Shown here: piece by piece, positions 10,715 through 14,756 of the stretch
How the letters are laid out: every line of letters begins with the position of its first letter
How positions within the stretch are numbered: the first letter of the stretch is position 1
The notes under the pieces: generated by a model
What the model was told of the DNA's origin: nothing
The model's input: only the letters and a program-made list of their open reading frames with translations
The model's database searches: none
Made by a program: the position numbers and the translations under genes
Assembly: GCA_964035545.1 (NCBI GenBank)
Contig: CAXIUT010000202.1
Coordinates: 1 to 14,756 of the forward strand
Reading direction: 5' to 3'
DNA from: Bugula neritina
Lineage: Eukaryota; Animalia; Bryozoa
Length of the DNA: 14,756 nucleotides

Positions 10715-11428
10715 TCAGAACATCTCCTCTTCCTAGATATTTTTATTTATCGGCAACTCAGACAACCCTTTATGTCCTTTCTCTCCCTTCTATCCATATA
10801 TTACCTCGTTTATCATAAAAATCTTTACATCGTTGCTCTACTTCACACTCAAAATCTTCTTTATGTGATCCAACTTGTCTTTACGACTGTTCTCGTGACT
10901 ATGATTCGACTCCTTCTTCTTCATCACAAAACTCATGTTGCTGAGGTTGCTCTGGGAGATGCTCTGATTTAGTTTAGGACGGTGAATGAATGAATTTTTT
11001 TGTGCATGATGGGAGAAAAAGGCTTATCCATTTCTTCTAGCTAGAGGGTCATAGTTTATCACTGGAGTTGAGGTCTTTTATAGGAATCTTTTAAGCCATT
11101 GAATGGTCTCTAGATTATCTTGGTATTTAGCTTTAGCTAATTTATTTACATCAACTTTTCTGGTGCCTCCTATTTTTTATAAAGATTTTTGGAATATTTT
11201 GAGATTGTTAACAAACTCATACTAAAACTTAGCTTTCCAATTGATTTTAGGCATTGCTACAACATTTTTATGATGTGCATCAATTAATTGGCAATAGATG
11301 GACCCAGATCCGAGATCTTCTATGAAGATAAGATCCAATTTAAGTGTTTAATTGATCCACTTAAGCAACTAGTTTTTGGATACAAAATAAGCTGAATCCA
11401 TGAGGCCGATCACTGTTTCGTTGGACAT
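10715..11428 (-). CDS. EB1: EB1/RP-family microtubule end-binding protein (CH domain), 237 aa; an in-frame ATG at 11488 would add 20 aa
   Basis: IGLMDSAYFVSKN-E-LLKWIN, GSGSIYCQLID, KINWKAKF-E-YEFVNNLKIFQ, KAKYQDNLETIQWLKRF and YDPLARR are hallmark EB1 CH-domain motifs. The protein ends EEEEMF, like the EEY/F tail. Confidence 0.94.
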
Positions 11429-11524
11429 AATATTGATTATAACGTTTAATAAAATATCATACTAATAACAGCCTCCTCTTTAAAACATTTCAACTTATAA
11501 ATATCACTAAATGAACGATCACTA

Positions 11525-12295
11525 TCATAGAACTCTACAATTCTGACAACTCTACCCATAACTATTCCTAATCGCATCAACATTGATCTGCCCACTACTA
11601 TCGCTCAACTGCGACAAAGATATATTGATTTTCATGCCTCTACAAGAATTACAATACATTTTGATGTTAGGCGAATAGATTGATTTACATTTAGGACATT
11701 TATACAACCCATTTCCTCCCATATATTTTATGATCTTCAAACGATGATCATTCAAACAATTCAAATGAAAACAGTGATCCTCATTGCAGCCCACTATCAC
11801 CCGACATCGCTAGCCATCCTTTGTCTGACTGTTGCAAATCGAACAGTTCTAGCCTTGTTTCGAAGAGGAAGTGAAATCATCACCTAAATCCCATCTTTTG
11901 AATTGACTTTGTTATGTTATATATGGATTTTGTTAGCTTGATTTATTTTATACTTCTTTAGGTGGCTGGTTTAATAGTTTATAGTTAGTGTTAGTCTTTT
12001 ATTGAACTTGTCTTTATTGCTGAGGTTGTCTATTGGATACAGGTTAATCTACTCTAGGAGCAACGATAAGATGAGTTTAGTTGGTACTTTAATTGACACA
12101 TAATCCTCTACAAAACCATACAACAGCAATAACAGCAACAAGAACGACTATTAATCCAATGGCAGTAGCAAAATTAAAGAACTGAAAGGCATCAAAGAAC
12201 TAGTGACTCTAAGAGATTGATAAATGAGTTGATCTAAGTTGCAGACTATTGAACATTAGAATGAAACAGCTGAAGACAGTTAGTTGAACAATCAT
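11525..12295 (-). CDS. Membrane-anchored RING-H2 protein (putative E3 ubiquitin ligase) with extra C-terminal CxxC pair, 256 aa
   Basis: Hydrophobic N-terminus, TM helix FATAIGLIVVLVAVIAVVWF, then C-x2-C-x15-C-x3-H-x2-H-x2-C-x19-C-x2-C (CSIC...CNEDHCFHLNC...CPKC), followed by CNSC-x31-CQNC. TGA at 11527-11525. Confidence 0.88.
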
Positions 12296-12348
12296 ATTTA
12301 AAATAACATATATAGATAAATTATTGATTTTATTGATTGGATATAACG

Positions 12349-13510
12349 ATGTCAAACCAATACAAAAGAACACAAAACGAAGTAGATCTAATCGGTGGAA
12401 CGAATAAATCAATACCAGTAGACATGATAGCCAAAGATATTTACAACCAACATGCAATCAATAAACATACTCCCATCAAAAATATACAAAATAATTAAAT
12501 ACACCAAGAATAATATCATCTGCCCAGCATGAAAAAACAAACACAATATGCCTAATACAACGCATCGAACCTATCCAAAAGAGATAAACAACATAGAACA
12601 CTAAAATAAAAACATATAGCAGGAACTCAACAACCATACCAACAACACCTTAATGTACAGAACAATGGCTATAAAAATCAAGGCTATCAAAAGATAACTA
12701 ACAATCAGATGACTAGTAATCAACATAATGGTCAACTTGTCAATCAAAATCATAGTATAAGTCAAAATCAATTAATTCAAAATAATTCAAATATTCAAAA
12801 TACTCAAACAATTCAAAATAATCAAACGATACCCAATACTAATGGCCATAACATTAACTCATATCCCCATCAACATGTAAACACGTTGTTATTTAGGTCC
12901 ATACCCATCATCAAACAGTACCCAATCATATCACTCCTCCACCACCCGAACGCTATGTCTAAAAAATACCCTACCAGTAAAAATATATCGACTACATCTA
13001 ACAAAGAGTCTGCGTCCCAGTCTAACGCGCCTACACAGACTACTACCAAGTATAACATATCACTGATTATGTACCCATTCCCAAAGAAGATACCATCTAC
13101 GTAACAGAACCTCAAGAAGTAGTCAACATGAAAGTGTAATACGTCCCAGTCGATCAGTACCTCACTCATAACATAGACGAATCATTCACTTCAAAGAGGA
13201 AGATGCCAAATACATCAATATCAACCAAAATGATATGACCCATACCTTCCAGCCAGGACAAACACCATAAACATACTATCAACCCAAACAATAGATTTAC
13301 TACCAAGAAGGACAACAACAAGTCAACCCAAACAACTACCAAGTGGAATACGCACCAGAGCAAGAGTACATAGTTCAAGGCAGTCAATTTCAACCAAGAA
13401 AATCAAGAACAAATTTCGTAACGACTGACGGCTATGACGCCAACGAGAAGATCAGACAAATTGATAGAATTCTGACTGAATCAGCTGTTAGGTCAAGTAG
13501 AGTAAAGTGA
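12349..13510 (+). CDS. Epiplasmin-like cortical cytoskeleton protein, 373 aa, 3 exons (introns 12877-12896 and 13157-13176)
   Basis: Q/N/H-rich N-terminus, then ERYVEKIPYQEKYIDYIEQRVCVPVERAYTDYYQVEHITDYVPIPKE...KVEYVPVDQRIIH, which resembles the V/E/Y/P-rich central domain of ciliate epiplasmins. The spliced frame ends at TGA 13508-13510. Confidence 0.8.
12877..12896 (+). other. 20-nt spliceosomal intron (GTAAACACGTTGTTATTTAG)
   Basis: GT..AG; its removal puts the epiplasmin-like domain in frame with ATG 12349. Confidence 0.82.
13157..13176 (+). other. 20-nt spliceosomal intron (GTACCTCACTCATAACATAG)
   Basis: GT..AG; its removal gives YVPVDQ-RIIH and extends the frame to 13510, whereas the unspliced frame stops early. 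Confidence 0.78.
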
Positions 13511-13580
13511 TATCTAAACCTATTATTAAATATATATTAAATAGTACTATAAAGTGGTATTTTTAATATTTGAATTGATT

Positions 13581-13663
13581 GGGGTTGGGGTTGGGGTTGG
13601 GGTTGGGGTTGGGGTTGGGGTTGGGGTTGGGGTTGGGGTTGGGGTTGGGGTTGGGGGGTTGGG
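13581..13663 (+). repeat. Internal (GGGGTT)n tract in right-end orientation; probable true right telomere of the 13.6-kb chromosome
   Basis: Tandem GGGGTT starting 70 bp after the last stop codon, with one variant G6 unit at 13653-13658 just before unique sequence resumes at 13664. Confidence 0.97.
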
Positions 13664-13771
13664 AACCACCAAAACAAACACAAAAAATAAATATATAGTG
13701 CCTCAGTCATCAGGACTAGCTCCCAGCAACCCTCCCATCAATAACATACTTGTACATGAATAAATATCAAG

Positions 13772-14663
13772 AAATACCCAAAAAATCCATAAATCAGAGA
13801 CTACCAACAGTAGATAGTCTTCAATTGTGTATGCATGAACACTTTAGTATGTCTGCCTACTGGTCTAGGTAAGACTCATATTGCTGCTGTAGTAATAGCT
13901 AACTTTGTTAAGTGGTTTCCCAATAAAAAAATCATCTTTTTGGCACCCACAAGACCACTAGTCACTCAACAGATGTCAGCTCTTTGCACGATGAGAGATA
14001 TGGTGCCAAGAGATATTGTATTTTAGGCTAGCGGCAAAATACAACCTCAAAAACGATAGCAACTATATTAAAAGAACCAAGTTATATTTGGAACTCCTCA
14101 AACCATCGATAACGACATAAAAAGCAACAAATTGGATAAATCCCAAATAATTCTAATTATTTTTGGTAGATATTTTAATTAATACAGATGAATGCCATCG
14201 TTCCACAGGTGAAACCTCGTATGCAAAGATAGTGCGAGTAATGCAAGATGTAGAGCATGGATTTCGAATAATCGGTTTATCGGCTACTCCAGGTCACTAG
14301 CCATAAAGAGTCCAATAAGTAATAACAAATTTGAATTTATCAAAGATGATATATAGAGATGACCAAGATCCCTCAGTTAAAAAATATCTAAACTAAAAAA
14401 AGATATAACCTATCCAAATCAAAATCAATCAAACTATCACTTAAATCAGTTAAATAATAAACTAGTTTTCAAGACCATCTGTTGGTTTACTATTGAAGAT
14501 GAAGTTAGTTAGTCCTTGGTTGGTTAAAAATGGTATAAAATCAACTAGTTTTTTTATGTTGAGATAGTAATTTAGTCAGAAGATAGGACCCTTAAATAAG
14601 AAATAAAAACAGATGGGATATAATGCATTAAAAATATTATATTTTTTAATATAATCCAGAAAA
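13772..14663 (+). CDS. FANCM: FANCM/Mph1/Hef-family SF2 helicase, partial (5' and 3' truncated; intron 14166-14187)
   Basis: YPKNP-E-IRDYQ (Q motif), [13 protein letters not shown] (I), [12 protein letters not shown] (Ia), [18 protein letters not shown] (II, formed by splicing) and [11 protein letters not shown] (III). The frame runs into the telomere without a stop and motifs IV-VI are absent. It may extend upstream to 13664 through a candidate 20-nt intron at 13752-13771. Confidence 0.9.
14166..14187 (+). other. 22-nt spliceosomal intron (GTAGATATTTTAATTAATACAG)
   Basis: Splicing reconstitutes TTT G|AT GAA TGC CAT = F-D-E-C-H (helicase motif II) and restores the frame to motif III. Confidence 0.93.
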
Positions 14664-14756
14664 GGGGTTGGGGTTGGGGTTGGGGTTGGGGTTGGGGTTG
14701 GGGTTGGGGTTGGGGTTGGGGTTGGGGTTGGGGTTGGGGTTGGGGTTGGGGTTGGG
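14664..14756 (+). repeat. Terminal right telomere (GGGGTT)n
   Basis: Perfect tandem GGGGTT to the end of the window. Confidence 0.99.

Noticed and set aside
367-13393. Supplied ORFs 367-591, 4861-5094, 5659-5970, 6516-6707, 9940-10137, 10697-10972, 12870-13169 and 13166-13393 as genes
   Set aside because: They are antisense or off-frame shadows of longer genes that appear once TAR is read as Glu. Most of the remaining track ORFs are fragments of real genes.
13554-13763. ORF with a poly-(GV) repeat
   Set aside because: It is simply the translation of the telomeric GGGGTT tract.
222-14663. Standard ciliate code (TAR=Gln), split code (TAA=Lys, TAG=Glu) or Blastocrithidia-type code (TGA=Trp)
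   Set aside because: Both TAA and TAG occupy conserved Glu sites, conserved Gln and Trp use CAR and TGG, and TGA falls exactly at the expected C-termini of PIMT and EB1.
6990-14663. Pseudogene interpretation of in-frame TAA/TAG in PIMT, EB1 and FANCM
   Set aside because: The codons are numerous, fall systematically at Glu positions, and leave all motifs intact.
6441-14663. A functional repair cluster (zf-PARP, PIMT, FANCM)
   Set aside because: The neighbours are functionally unrelated, eukaryotic gene order rarely implies a pathway, and the FANCM piece is probably not natively linked.

Overview
This is not prokaryotic DNA. It is an AT-rich ciliate macronuclear sequence capped by (CCCCAA)n at 1-93 and (TTGGGG)n at 14664-14756, with a further internal (TTGGGG)n tract at about 13581-13663. 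The supplied ORF track is fragmentary because the genetic code is non-standard. In six recognisable protein families, TAA and TAG fall at conserved Glu positions, Gln is encoded by CAR, and TGA is the only stop. This matches the peritrich nuclear code (NCBI table 30). Translated by hand with that code, 1-13663 is a complete telomere-to-telomere chromosome of about 13.6 kb carrying 11 tightly packed genes, which span about 89% of it, with spacers as short as 10-36 bp. The genes are a coiled-coil protein, two large hypothetical proteins (one with a C2-like domain), a stand-alone PARP-type zinc-finger protein, protein-L-isoaspartate O-methyltransferase, three tandem 4-TM paralogues (plus a relic fragment), a divergent EB1, a membrane-anchored RING-H2 protein and an epiplasmin-like protein. 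Introns are tiny (20-22 nt). Beyond the internal telomere lies a 1-kb FANCM/Mph1 helicase fragment truncated at both ends by telomeric repeats, possibly a chimeric join. All family calls come from motif recognition by eye; no database searches were run.
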